Assembly: GCA_963514005.1 (NCBI GenBank)
Contig: OY740805.1
Location: 36,828,001 to 36,892,000 of the forward strand
Direction of reading: 5' to 3'
Source: Raja brachyura
Lineage: Eukaryota
DNA: 64,000 nucleotides
A program made the translations under genes and the position numbers. Below, in pieces: positions 1 through 11,912 of this stretch (position 1 is its first letter; each line of letters begins with the position of its first letter). Under the pieces are notes generated by a model. That model ran no database searches. It saw nothing but the letters and a program-made list of their open reading frames with translations, and had not been told where the DNA came from.

Positions 1-2267
1 TAGTTCAGTTTAGAGTTGTTTAGTGTAGGTTAGTGTAGTTTAGTTCAGTGTAGTTTAGTTTACTTTTGGTTATGTGAGTGCAATTTAGTTTATTGTAGTT
101 TAGTTTATTGTAGTTTAGTTTAGTTTACTTTAGTGTAGATTGGTTTAGTTTTGATAATGTGAGTGTAGTTTAGATTATTGTAGTTCAGTTTAGTGTAGTT
201 TAGTGCAGTTTAGTGTAGTTTAATGTAGTTTAGTTTAGTGTTGTTTATTGTAGTTTAGTTTAGTTTAGTGTTGTTTAATGTAGTTTAGTTTAGTTTACTG
301 TAGTTTAGTGTAGTTTAGTGTAGTTTAGCATAGTTTAGTTTAGTTTAGTTTCCTGTAGTTTAGTGTAGTTGACTGTAGTTTAGTTTAGTGTCGTTAGTGT
401 AGTTTGGTGTAGTTTAGTTTAGTGTAGATTATTGTAGTTTAGTTTAGTGAAGTTTAGTTTAGTGTAGTTTAGTTTAATTTTGTTTAGTTTAGATTAGTTA
501 GTGTAGTTTAGTCTAGTTTACTGTAGTTTAGATTAGTTTAGTGTAGTTTAGTGTTGTTTAGTTGATTGTAGTTTAGTGTAATTTGGTCCAGTTTAGTGTA
601 GTTTAGTGCAGTTTAGTTCAGTTTCGTGTAGTTTAGTGTAGTTTACTATAGTTTAGTTTAGTGTCATTTAGTTTAGTTTAGTGTAGTTTAGTGTAGTTTA
701 ATGTAGTTTAGTTTAGTTTACTGTAGTTTAGTTTAGTTTAGTGTAGTTTTGTGAAGTTTAGTTTATAGTTTAGTGGAGTTTAGTTTAGTTTACTTTAGTG
801 TAGTTTAGTGCAATTTTATGTAGTTTAGATTAGTTTAGTGTAGTGTAGTTTAGTTTAGTGTAGTTTAGTTTAGTTTAGTGCAGTTTAGTGCAGTATAGTT
901 TGTTGTAGTTTAGTGTAGTTTAGTGTAGTTTAGTTTTGTGACGTTTAGTTTAGTGTAGTTTAGTGTAGTTTTGTTTAATGTAATTTATTGTAGTGTAGTT
1001 TAGTATACTTTAGTGTAATTTAGTTTAGTGTAGTTTAATGTAGTTTAGTGTAGTTAAGTGCAGTTTTGTATACTTTAGTGTTGGTTAGTGTAGTTTGGTG
1101 TAGTTTGGTGTAGTCTGGTATACTTCAGTGTGATTTAGTGTAGTTTAATTTAGTTTAGTGTAGTGTAGTTTAGTGTAACTTTAGTTTAGTCTAGTGTTGT
1201 TTAGTTTAGTTTAGTTTAGTTTAGTGCAGTTTAGTGTAGTTTAGTTTAGTTTAGTTTAGTTTAGAGTTGTTTTGTGTAGATTAGTGCAGTTTAGTTTATT
1301 GTAGTTTAGTTTAGTTTAGTGTAGATTAGTTTAGTTTTGGTAATGTGAGTGTAGTTTAGTTTAGTGTAGTTTAGTGTAGTTTAATGTAGTTTAGTTTAGT
1401 TTACTGTAGTTTAGTTTAGTTTAGTGTAGTTTTGTGAAGTTTAGTTTATAGTTTAGTGTCGTTTAGTGTAGTTTACTGTAGTTTAGTTTCGTTTACTTTA
1501 GTGTAGTTTAGTGCAATTTTATGTAGTTTAGTGTAGTGTAGTGTAGTTTAGTTTAGTGCGGTTTAGTTTAGTGCAGTATAGTTTGGTGTAGTTTAGTGTA
1601 GTTTAGTGTAGTGTAGTTTTGTGACGTTTAGTTTAGTGTAGTTTAGTGTAGTTTTGTTTAGTGTAATTTATTGTAGTGTAGTTTAGTATACTTTAGTGTA
1701 ATTTAGTTTAGTGTAGTTTAATGTAGTTTAGTGTAGTTAAGTGCAGTTTTGTATACTTTAGTGTTGTTTAGTGGAGTTTAGTGTAGTTTGGTGTAGTCTG
1801 GTATACTTCAGTGTGATTTAGTGTAGTTTAGTTTAGTTTAGTGTAGTTTAGTGTAACTTTAGTTTAGTCTAGTGTTGTTTAGTTTAGTTTAGTGTAGTTT
1901 AGTGTAGTTTAGTTTAGTTTAGTTTAGAGTTGTTTTGTGTAGATTAGTGTAGTGTAGTTTAGTTTATTGTAGTTTAGTTTAGTTTAGTGTAGTTTAGTTT
2001 AGTTTTGGTAATGTGAGTGTAGTTTAGTTTGGTTTAGTGTTGTTTAGTGTAGTTTAGTTTTGTGTAGTTTTGTGTAGTTTTGTGTAGTTTAGAGTAGTTT
2101 GGTTTAGTGTTGTTTAGTGTAGTTTAGTTTTGTGTAGTTTTGTGTAGTTTTGTGTAGTTTAGAGTAGTTTGGTTTAGTGTAGTTTAGTGTAGTTTAGTTT
2201 TGTGTAGTTTTGTGTAGTTTAGAGTAGTTTGGTTTAGTGTTGTTTAGTGTAGTTTAGTTTAGTTTAG
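1..2267. repeat. (TAGTT/TAGTG)n pentamer satellite with higher-order repeats
   Basis: Continuous TTTAG/TGTAG pentamers. Rare variants recur at a 683-bp offset (gtgaag 751/1434, gtgacg 938/1621), and ~60-bp units occur at 2030-2250. Confidence 0.95.
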
Positions 2268-5200
2268 TTTTTTTTTGTTAGAAGTAAGTACAATAGTGTG
2301 GTACTTGAGTACCTAATACATACATACATATTTCCATTCTTGTGCAACTTCGTATTTTTTATTTAATAATAAAAGAACAGTGGAAGAAAAAAGAAATAAT
2401 GAGTGTCAGAATAGACAGACAAGCGAGTAGCAACAGATAGCAAAAGAAATAATGGACCTAGAAGAGAAGCTGAAAAGTTTGAAATAGAAGGAGAAAGTAA
2501 AGAAAAGAGAGATTAGGAGAGATCTACCTATTTCGTATTTTTGCCCATCTGTCACCCAGTTCTAAACCATTTAATTTCTAAGGTTGCACCATATGCTTGT
2601 AAAAAGTTGATAAAAGGAGACCAAGTCTCTGAGAATTGGTCTACTTTGCCTAGTAGGAGAAATCTCATTTCTTCAAGATGAAGCATTTCACAAATATTTG
2701 ACATCCACATTTTGAATGTTGGCATGGTTGCGTTTTTCCAAAATTTGAGTATAAGTTTTTTTGCTCTTATTAGACCGTAATTAAGAAAAGCTTCTTGGAA
2801 TATAGTTAGTTTACTTCCCTCTTCCATTGATCCAAAGATAATCAGTTCTGTATTGGGGTTCAATTTTGTGTTAAATAGTTTTGTAAAAATTCCAAAATTG
2901 ATACAGTTTTATACAAGAGACAAAGGAATGTGCTATCGTGGCATTTTGAGTTAGACATTTGTCACAGATGGGGGAAACATTTGAGAATATTTTATTCAGT
3001 CTAGTTTTAGAATAATATAATCTATGTAAAATTTTAAATTGAATTAGGTTGTCTCGCATTAATTGAATATTTATTTACATTTAATAATTTTTTTCCCCAT
3101 CTATCATTAGGAATTTCTATCAATAACTCGTGTTCCCAGTCCCTTCTAATTGCCTCTGTCGTTGGTGTTCCTATATTTAAAATTATATTATATAAGTAAG
3201 ATACTAAATTGCTTGATTCTGCCTTTCTATTCATTCCTTCCTCCAATAAATCTAGGGTTAGGGTTTGATATCCTTGTATATATTTCTTCAAATAATCTTG
3301 AACTTGAAGATATTTGAAATATTGATTATTTTTCAAATTATATTTTAGTTGTAATTGTTGGAATGATAAAAGTTTTCCCATATCATACATATCTCCCATT
3401 GTTTTAATTCCTAATCTTTCCCAATGGATAAACTTTTATCAATAATGGATGGTTTGAATGAGGGATTATTAGTTATTCGAGAAAGAAGCGATAATTTTCA
3501 TAATTTTAAAGTTAATTTTATTTGATTCCAAATTCGTATTATACTGTGAATAATTGGATTCTTCTTATAGATTATACTGTTCAGTTTCATCAGGGAAAGA
3601 AGCATCGCTCCTATATTATAAGGGGAACAATCCTCTTTCTTCATTCTTATCCAATCTACCTGTTGGGCAGAATTGTCCAACCAATAGATTATATTTTCAA
3701 TATTCACTGCTCAATAGTAGTACAATAAGTTAGGGAGTGTCAGTCCCCCTGATTCTTTTGATTTACACAAGTGTTTTTTCTTAATTCTATGTGATTTATC
3801 ATCCCATATGAAGTTTATAATACTAGAATCTAATTTTTTTAAGTTTTTTTTAGGTAAGTATATTGGCATTGATTGAAATAGGTACAGTATTTGTGGTAAG
3901 GAGATCATTTTTATCGCGTTTATTCTGCCTATTAAGGACATCGGCAGTGTTTTCCAGAATTTAATCAACCCATTTAATTTAGTTATTAAAGGCATATAGT
4001 TTGCATTGCGTAATGATTTATATTTCCTAGTAATTTGGATGCCCAAATACTTAAATTTTGAAGGGGCATTTCAACAGATGTATCGGCTCTTGAGGTTTTA
4101 TCGTCATAATTTTGCTTTTGTTCCAGTTTATTCTATATCCTGAAAAAGAACCAAATTCCTCTATTAAATTTAGTATATTTGGTGTGCTCTTTTGCGAATT
4201 AGTAATATATAATAATGTCGCCTGCATATAATGAAATTTTATTATTTGAGTGTTTGGTATTGTATCCATGAATATTCGGATGACTTCTTATATTTTCTGC
4301 TAAAAGCGCTATCTCTAGTGCAACTAGCAGAGGTGACAGTGCGCACCCCTGCCTATTGCCCCTTGCCAATTGGAATTTCGGGGTTAATATATTATAAGTC
4401 AGTATTCTAGCCGTCGGCTTATCATATAATAATTTTACCCATGAGGTAAAGTTATCTCCCATGTTAAATTTTTGCAATACTTTGAATAAATATTGCCATT
4501 CTACTTGATCAAAAGGTTTTTCTGCATCCAATGAGATAATTGCTAGGTCTTCTTCAGTATTATGTGAGTACTTTATATTAGACAGCCGTCTCAAATTGTT
4601 AAATGAGTATCTCTTTGGTATAAACCCAGTTTGATCCGGGTTTATTAGTTTGCTAACATATTTACTCAATCTTCTCGCTAGTGTCTTTGCTAATATTTTT
4701 TGATCTGTATTTAAGAGTGCAGTAGCTCTATATGAGCCTGGGTCTTCTAGATCTTTATCCTTTTTTGGTATAAGTGTAATAGTTGACTCAGTTAGTGTTT
4801 CTGGTAGTTTATTTTCTTTAAAAGCGTATATATATAAATCTTGCAAGTGTGGAGAAATTATCTCGTGGAATCTTTTATAGAATTCATTACCAAAGCCGTC
4901 CTGTTCTGGCGTTTTGCCATTCTTCCACAAACTTATTGTTTCTTCTATTTCCTGAAGTGTAATCTGAGCTCCTAATCCCTCTTGTTCCACCATATTTAAT
5001 TTTGGAAGATTACAATTGTCTAAGAAATTTGTAATTTGAGTATTATTTGCAGAGGTTTTTGATGTATATAAATTTTGATAATATTGAGCAAATCTTTTAT
5101 TTATATCTTTAGGTAATGTTAGTAATTCCCCTTTGTCTGATTTAATTTTAGTAATTGTATTTTCTGTTTCCCGTTTTTTCAGTCGGCGCGCTAAGAGTTT

Positions 5201-6860
5201 ATGTGGTTTATCACCAAATTCAAAATTTTCTTGTTTTGTAATTTGAAATAATCTTATTATTCTGGCTGATAAAATTGTATTTAATTTATATTTTAGTATT
5301 GTTATCTTATTGTGTTTATCTATAGTTGGTTCTTGAGCATTTTCTAAATCTAATTGTCTAATTTCTTGCTCTAACTGTAATTGTTCAGTATTATTCTTAT
5401 TATTTTGGAAAGCTTGATATGGGATTATAGTTCCTCTTATAAATGCCTTAAAAGTTTCCCATAATAAGGAGGGTGAACTATCTGGTGTGACATTTGTCTC
5501 AAAGAAGAATTTCATCTGCTCTTTTAAATATGTACAACCTTGTGAGTTGTTTAAGATTTGGGGGTTAAACCTCCAACACGATTTTTTATCAGGCATTCCT
5601 TCTAATTTTAAAGAGAAAGTTAACGGGGAATGATCAGAAATAATACTTTTGTGATATTTAGCATTATATGTGTATGGAATTAATTTTGTGTCCACTAAGA
5701 AATTATCAATACGTGAATATGTTTTATGTACCGTTGAATAAAATGAATATTCTCTACATACTGGGTTAGCGATCCTCCATACATCGGTCATATTGGTATT
5801 TTTCATGTATGTATTTAGGAGTTCACCAGTTTTAGATTTTATGTTAATCCTTTTGTGTTTTGCAGATTTATCCAAATATGGATCTAAAGCACAATTCAAA
5901 TTTTCCCCTATTACCACATTTTGATAGTTAAGTTCTGAAATTGTATCCAGAATTTTACTAAAAAATTGAGGGTTGTCAAAATTAGGAGCATAAATATTTA
6001 TCAAAGTAAGTGGAGTAGAATAAATTTATCCCGTGACCATGACGTACCTCCCCTCTTTTTCTGCTATGGTATTCTTTAATTTAAATGGTATACCTTTACG
6101 AATGATAATGGCCGTGCCTCTAGATTTAGAAGTAAATGAAGAGTAGTATATTTGCCCTATCCAATTTGCCTTCAGTCTTATCTGTGTTTGATATTTCAGA
6201 TGCATCTCTTGTAAGAAAATGACATCACTATTTAAAGCTTTTAATTGGGCAAAGATCTTAACCCTTTTAATTGGTTCATTAGCGCCCCTTATATTCCAAC
6301 TGCAGAACGTGATTCCTTCAGTTTTCTTTTGTTTATCGTCTTGCATTATGGATCATGTTAATACCTTTACTTCATATGGTGCAACCAAGAACCTCATTAC
6401 TCTAGGTGAGGGATGATCATCCCCAGCTATTAGATTTTGTTGGCATCTCCCCTTCAGAATAGACCTTGAAAAAGACCAGAAAGTGCAGAGTCGTGGAAAG
6501 ATAATTAACAAACAAAAAGTGATATTATAATATCCAAAAATAAAGATATTATAATTAAAAACAAACCACCAACAGGTGGTAGAAAAATTCTTATCGACTT
6601 CCGTAGATGTTTTTATATGTTTCGCTCTGCCCCCTTGACCAATTATTTATAAGTGGAAGAGAGAGGGATACAAATGTTAAAAAAAATATATATAAAATAA
6701 AACTCACTCCAATATATAGATTAGAAATGTATCTTCAAAGAGGAAAAACAAAATAAAAGAGAATTTCCAACATTAAGTATATACTTAGATATAACAGTGA
6801 TTATGTTAATTATATATCCATATCTATCGATATGCCAAGATCTATTACAATTAAGTCTCA
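2268..6860 (-). mobile_element. LINE-1 (L1 clade) element, ORF2 degenerate, no ORF1 recognised
   Basis: Minus-strand ORF pieces 6346->2552 give an APE endonuclease (SWNIRG, FLQEMHL, INIYAPN, SDHSP), an RT (GFIPKR, RQGCALSPLL, SLYAGD) and a C-terminal Cys/His region (CDKC...H...C). Several frameshifts and stops are present, with a short T-run (poly-A tail) at ~2268-2276. The 5' boundary is approximate. Confidence 0.9.
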
Positions 6861-8084
6861 AACTTTTGTATCAGACAACAGCAGGCCCCAAGGGGTTAAC
6901 CTTGGAACCTGCTGTTGTCCGACACAAAAGCCCGGATAACTTCCAAGTATACCGTGTTAAGAAAGGAACATCAGATGCTGCCAAATCGAGGGTACACAAA
7001 ATGCTGGAGAAACTCAGCGGGTGCAGCAGCATCTATGGAACGAAGGAGATAGGCAACGCTTCGGGCTGAAACCCTTCTTCAGACCGTTTTATACCTCTAA
7101 TTTCCCTCTCGCCTGACGGCGATTAGTCTGAAGAAGTGTCTCGCCCCGAAACGTCACCCTTTCCCCTTTCCCCTTTCCCCACAGATGCTGCCTGGCCTGC
7201 TGAGTTACTCCATCTATCTTCAGTGTAAATCAGTGCCTGCAGGTCCTTCCCACATGTAGATCTGCTCCACCGATATGTTCACCAATACTAACACACATAT
7301 GTCACTCACCACTCAGATCTATAATCCAGTCCAGTTTTAACATATAGTAACCATTAAATACTACCAATTCCAGACACCAGTTGGCAGTCGAGATAGACAA
7401 TAGACAATAGACAATAGACAATAGACAATAGACAATAGACAATAGGTGCAGGAGTAGGCCATTCGGCCCTTCGAGCCAGCACTGCCATTCAATGTGATCA
7501 TGGCTGATCATCCCCAATCAGTACCCCGTTCCTGCCTTCTCCCCATATCCCCTGACTCTGCTATCTTTAAGAGCTCTATCTAGCTCTCCCTTGTAAGTAT
7601 CCAGAGAACCTGCCTCCACCACCATCTGAGGCAGAGAATTCCACAGGCTCACCACTCTGTGTGTGAAAAAGTGTTTCCTCGTCTCCATTCTAAATGGCTC
7701 GCCCCTGATAAGCCACAGTGTTGTCTGCATGCTATGTAACTTTATTATATGCCAATAAACTCGTTGGATCTTTACATAGAAACATAGAAAGTAGGTGCAG
7801 GAGTAGGCCATTCGGCCCTTCGAGCCTGCACCGCCATTCAATATGATCATGGCTGATCATCCAACTGAGTATCCTGTACCTGCCTTCTCTCCATACCCCC
7901 TGATCCCTTTAGCCACAAGGGCCACATCTAACTCCCTCTTAAATATAGCCAATGAACTGGCCTCAACTACTTGCTGTGGCAGAGAATTCCACAGATTCAC
8001 CACTCTCTGTGTGCAAAATGATTTTCTCATCTCGGTCCTAAAAGACTTCCCCCTTATCCTTAGTATGGAGTATGTGTTAATAGC

Positions 8085-8191
8085 TGTCCCACTTGGGCGC
8101 AATTTGTGCGGCACCCCAGGATTTTGGGATGTACAAAATCTTCGCGCGCCACCTGCTTGACACGCAAATGACGCCCAAGTGCGACAGGCCC
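8085..8191. mobile_element. Short PIF/Harbinger-like MITE
   Basis: Inverted ends ctgtcccacttgggcg ... cgcccaagtgcgacaggccc, the same TIR family as 36412-36659. Confidence 0.65.
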
Positions 8192-8207
8192 TTATTTCAG
8201 AACTTAC

Positions 8208-8856
8208 GTACGACTGTGACTTCGATCCCATCTCCATGATACGTTCGCCCCAAGAAGAAATTAAGTCTGCAATAATACCTTCCTGTATCGTCGATTTTTA
8301 AGCCGCTGATTTCAGTTGATGCATGAATGATTCCAGGGGCTCCATTCTTCCGAACACGACCATGGTAGTCTTTGCAAACGGAATTGATGACTGCGTCTTT
8401 GTACCAGTTAATGGCTCCAGTCAATCTATTCTTGGAACCCCTTCTATTCGGACTGAAAGTGCAGTTCAGCAGAACCGTCCCCCCTTCAGTCGCAGTGACC
8501 CGGTTCCTCGTCTCTGTTCTAAATGGCTTACCCCTTATTCCTAAACTGTGTGTGGCCCCTGGTTCTGGACTCCCCCAACATCGGGAACATGTTTCTTGAC
8601 TCTGGCACGTCCAAACCCTTAATAATCCTATATGTTTCAATGAGATCCCCTCTCATCCTTCTAAAATCCAGAGTGTACAAGCCCAGCTGCTCCATTCTCT
8701 CAGCATGTGACAGTCCCGCCATCCCGGGAACTAACCTTGTAAACCTACGCTGCACTCCCTCAATAGCAAGAATGTCCTTCCTCAAATTAGGGGACCAAAA
8801 CTGACGGTCGGCGTGGTCTGGTAGGACCAGTTTTCCATGATGACGCATCGCCAAAA
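8208..8856 (-). pseudogene. Ig V-set (VJ-joined) exon, NKp30/NCR3-like, interrupted by a CR1 fragment
   Basis: YQTTPTV (8823-8803) and VTATEGGTVLLNCTF..GAINWYKD..DDTGRYYCRLNFFLGRTYHGDGIEVTVV (8499-8208) carry the canonical C, W, DxxxYxC and a GxG J-like strand. The exon ends in a phase-1 C|GTAAGT donor at 8208/8207, with a candidate acceptor at 8857. Confidence 0.8.
8504..8803 (-). mobile_element. Internal CR1 LINE fragment inserted in the V exon
   Basis: Encodes [10 protein letters not shown]...FRTETR, as in other CR1 copies in the window, and lacks the 3' tail. Confidence 0.9.
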
Positions 8857-8914
8857 CTTTTTTAAAAAGGATGTATTGTAAATTGCAAAGTCGTTTATTT
8901 CAGGAGTTGCTTAC

Positions 8915-8960
8915 AAAAGAGGAAGGTGACACAACATAAGAGGGCAAATCGGTGGGAGAT
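8915..8960 (-). pseudogene. Putative leader (signal peptide) exon of the V gene, start codon apparently mutated (ATC)
   Basis: 46 nt reading (I/M)SHRFALLCCVTFLF + T|GTAAGC, a phase-1 donor. There is an in-frame upstream TGA and no ATG. The intron to the V exon would be 58 nt. Confidence 0.55.
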
Positions 8961-9988
8961 TGTCTCTTCCCCGCACGGCTCCCGGGGTCAAGGAGATACA
9001 TTGGAAGAGCAGGCTAGAAGGTGAACGAGAATATAACCCCGCAAGAGAGGTTTTCACAGACGCGCGCACCCTTGGCCAGAAGATCCAGGAGAGGCACTTC
9101 AGTCCAACGAGACTTCAGCTTCTCTGCATTCGGTCGAGTGGACAGTGGAAGAAGCCTTAGAGTTCCGCCAGTTAGTTCCAAAAGACAATAGACAATAGGT
9201 GCAGGAGTAGGCCATTCGGCCCTCGAGCCAGCACCGCCATTCAATGTGATCATGGCTGATCATCCCCAATCATTGCCCCGTTCCTGCCTACTCCCCATAT
9301 CCCCTGACTCCGCTATTTTTAAGAGCCCTATCTAGCACTCTCTTGAACGTATCCAGAGAACCGGCCTCTGCCGTCCTGTGAGTCAGAGAATTCCACAGAT
9401 TCAACACTCTCTGTGAGAAAAAGTTAGGAAAGGAACTGCAGATGCTTGGTTTAAACCGAAGGAGGGCGCAAAAAAGCTGGAGTAACTCGGCAGGACAGGC
9501 AGCATCTCTGGAGAGAAGGAACGAGTGACATTTCGGGTTGTGTCTGGAGAAGGGTCTTAACCCGAAATGTTACCCATTCCTTCCTTCCCTCCGGAGACGC
9601 TGCCTGTCCCGCTAAGTTACTCCAGCTTTTTTTGCATCTATTCTTTCCAGAGATGCTGCCTGATCCACCGAATTAATCCAGCTCATTAAACACCACCTGC
9701 AGTTCTTCGTTTCCCCAGCTAGAGGGCGGCACACATTTGGACAAAATGCTGTCCATTCACTGAGAAAGGTTGCTCATTTTCAGCAGAAATTAGAACACAC
9801 ACACTCACACATAAAAGACGTCTAACTAATTGCATTGCATTGCCAAACAAGGCAACAGGTCGTGGTTAAATATAGAGCATTATTAACAGATCCTGCACTG
9901 CGCGTGAGTGGTAAACATCTTGCATAGGCAAGAGAGACAATTCTCTACTTCTTGTGATTGGCCTCATCCTGCAACTATTTTCTGTTTC

Positions 9989-10770
9989 TAAATGTTTTTT
10001 AGTCATCCAGCGAGACCTGGGTGTCCTTGTACACCGGTTACTGAAAGTTGGCGTGCAGGTACAGCAGGCAGTGAAGAAAGTTCATGGAATGTTGGCCTTC
10101 ATAACAAGAGGATTTCAGTATAGGGGCAAAGAGGTTCATCTGCAGTTGTATAGGGCTCTGGTGAGACCACATCTAGAGTATTGCGTACAGTTTTGGTCTC
10201 CTAATTTGAGGAAGGACATCTTTGTGATTGAGGCAGTACAGTGTAGGTTCACGAGATTGATCCTCGTGATTGAGGCAGTGCAGCGAAGGTTCACGAGATT
10301 GATCCCTGTGATGGCGGGACTGTCATATGAGGAAAGATACAAAAATACTAGGCTTGTATTCACTGGAGTTTAGAAGGATGAGGGGGCATCTTATAGAAAC
10401 ATGTAAAATTATAAAAGGACTGGACAAGCTAGATGCAGGAAAAATGTTCCCAATGTTGGGTGAGTCCAGAACCAGGGGCCACAGTCTTAGAATAAAGGGG
10501 AGGCCATTTAAGACTGAGGTGAGAAAAAACGTTTTCACCCAGAGATTTGTGAATTTGTGGAAGTCCCTGCCACAGAGGGCAGTGGAAGCCAAGTCACTGG
10601 ATGCATTTAAGAGAGAGTCAGATAGAGCTCTAGGGGCTAGTGGAATCAAGGGATATGGGGAGAAGGCAGGCACGGGTTATTGATTGGGGACGATCAGCCA
10701 TGATCACAATGAATGGCGGTGCTGGTTCAAAGGGCTGAATGGCCTCCTCCTGCACCTGTTGTCTATGTTT
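9989..10770 (+). mobile_element. CR1 LINE 3' fragment (copy A of a local duplicate)
   Basis: [19 protein letters not shown]...GYGEKAGTGY* followed by the CR1 3' UTR. Confidence 0.9.
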
Positions 10771-10904
10771 GTGTGTTTGTGTGTATACTCTTTATGCTTT
10801 CAAGAGTATTGGACTGATTTTTTTCACCCTTATGTAGAAAGGAATTTAGTTTAGTTTGGACGGACAGTGCGAAAACAGGCCCACCTTCGGCCCCGCGACC
10901 CCCG

Positions 10905-11425
10905 CAGGTATTTCCAGAGGTTCACCTGCATCTCTTCCAACCTCATCTATTGCATCCGCTCCTCTAGGTGTCAGCTGCTCTACATCAGTGAGACCAAGCT
11001 CAGGCTTGGTGATCGCTTCGCCCATCACTTCCGCTTGGTTCGCAATAAGCAACCTGATCTCCCGGTGGCCCAGCACTTCAACTCCCCCTCCCATTCTGAA
11101 TCCGACCTTTCAGTCCTGGGCCTCCTCCATGGCCAGAGTGAGTCCCACCGCAAATTGGAGGAGCAGCACCTCATATTTCACTTGGCCAGTTTACACCCCA
11201 GCGGTATGAACATTGACTTCTCCAATTTCAGGTAGTCCTTACTTTCTCCTCCCCTTCTCAGCTCTCCCTCAGCCCTCTGGCTCCTCCTCTTCCTTTCTAC
11301 TTCCCGCCCCCCCCCCCCCCCCACCCTCATCAGTCTGAAGAAGGGTTTGGCGCAAAACTTTGCCTATTTCCTTCGCTCCTTAGATGCTGCCTCACCCGCT
11401 GAGTTTCTCCAGCACTTTTGTCTAC
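10905..11425 (+). mobile_element. Penelope-like element fragment (GIY-YIG endonuclease + pLTR)
   Basis: FTCISSNLIYCIRSSRCQLLYISETK..LGDRF..H..VAQHFN is a GIY-YIG motif of PLEs, followed by a ctgaagaaggg... pLTR. Confidence 0.85.
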
Positions 11426-11912
11426 CCCCACATCAACATTATCTTACACACACTAGCGACATTTTTTTTTTAACCAAGCCAGTTAACGAAGCAAGTCTTT
11501 GGAGTGTGAGAGGATCGGAGCACCCGGAGAAAACTCACGCTGAGAACGTACTAACTCCGCACAGACAAGCGCCCTTCGCTGGGATCGAACCCGGGTCAAT
11601 GGCGCTGTAAGGTGCTGTAAGGCAGCAACTCTACCGCTGGGTTACACAAAAAGCTGGAGAAACTCAGCGGGTGCAGCAGTATGTAAGGAGCGAAGGAGAT
11701 AGGCGACGTTTCGGGTCGAGACCCTTCTTCAGACTGGTCAGGGATCACGGAAACGAGAACTCTACCGCTGCACTGTTTATAACGGTGTGACAGTAACATA
11801 ATATCAGCCCGCCTCCCCGCATTCCATACAATACAGGCTGATCCTGCCACATACTGGGCGAAAGCATCAAATACTGGAGTTCCCATAACGTCCCCCAATG
11901 CCAGATGACTAA

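Noticed and set aside
4199-6004. 601-aa ORF as a host gene or active L1
   Set aside because: It is part of a frameshifted L1 ORF2 with YADD mutated to YAGD and no recognisable ORF1.
8208-8225. RSS heptamer-like CACAGTC implying a rearranging V segment
   Set aside because: It lies inside the J-like coding strand before a normal splice donor, has a mismatch, and no nonamer was seen at 12/23 spacing.
8197-8640. 147-aa ORF as an intact protein
   Set aside because: Its N-terminal ~45 aa are CR1-derived; only the part from 8499 down is Ig V.
8500-8805. CR1 insert being spliced out as a new intron (GTCAGT at its 5' junction)
   Set aside because: There is no polypyrimidine tract or good in-frame AG at the other junction.
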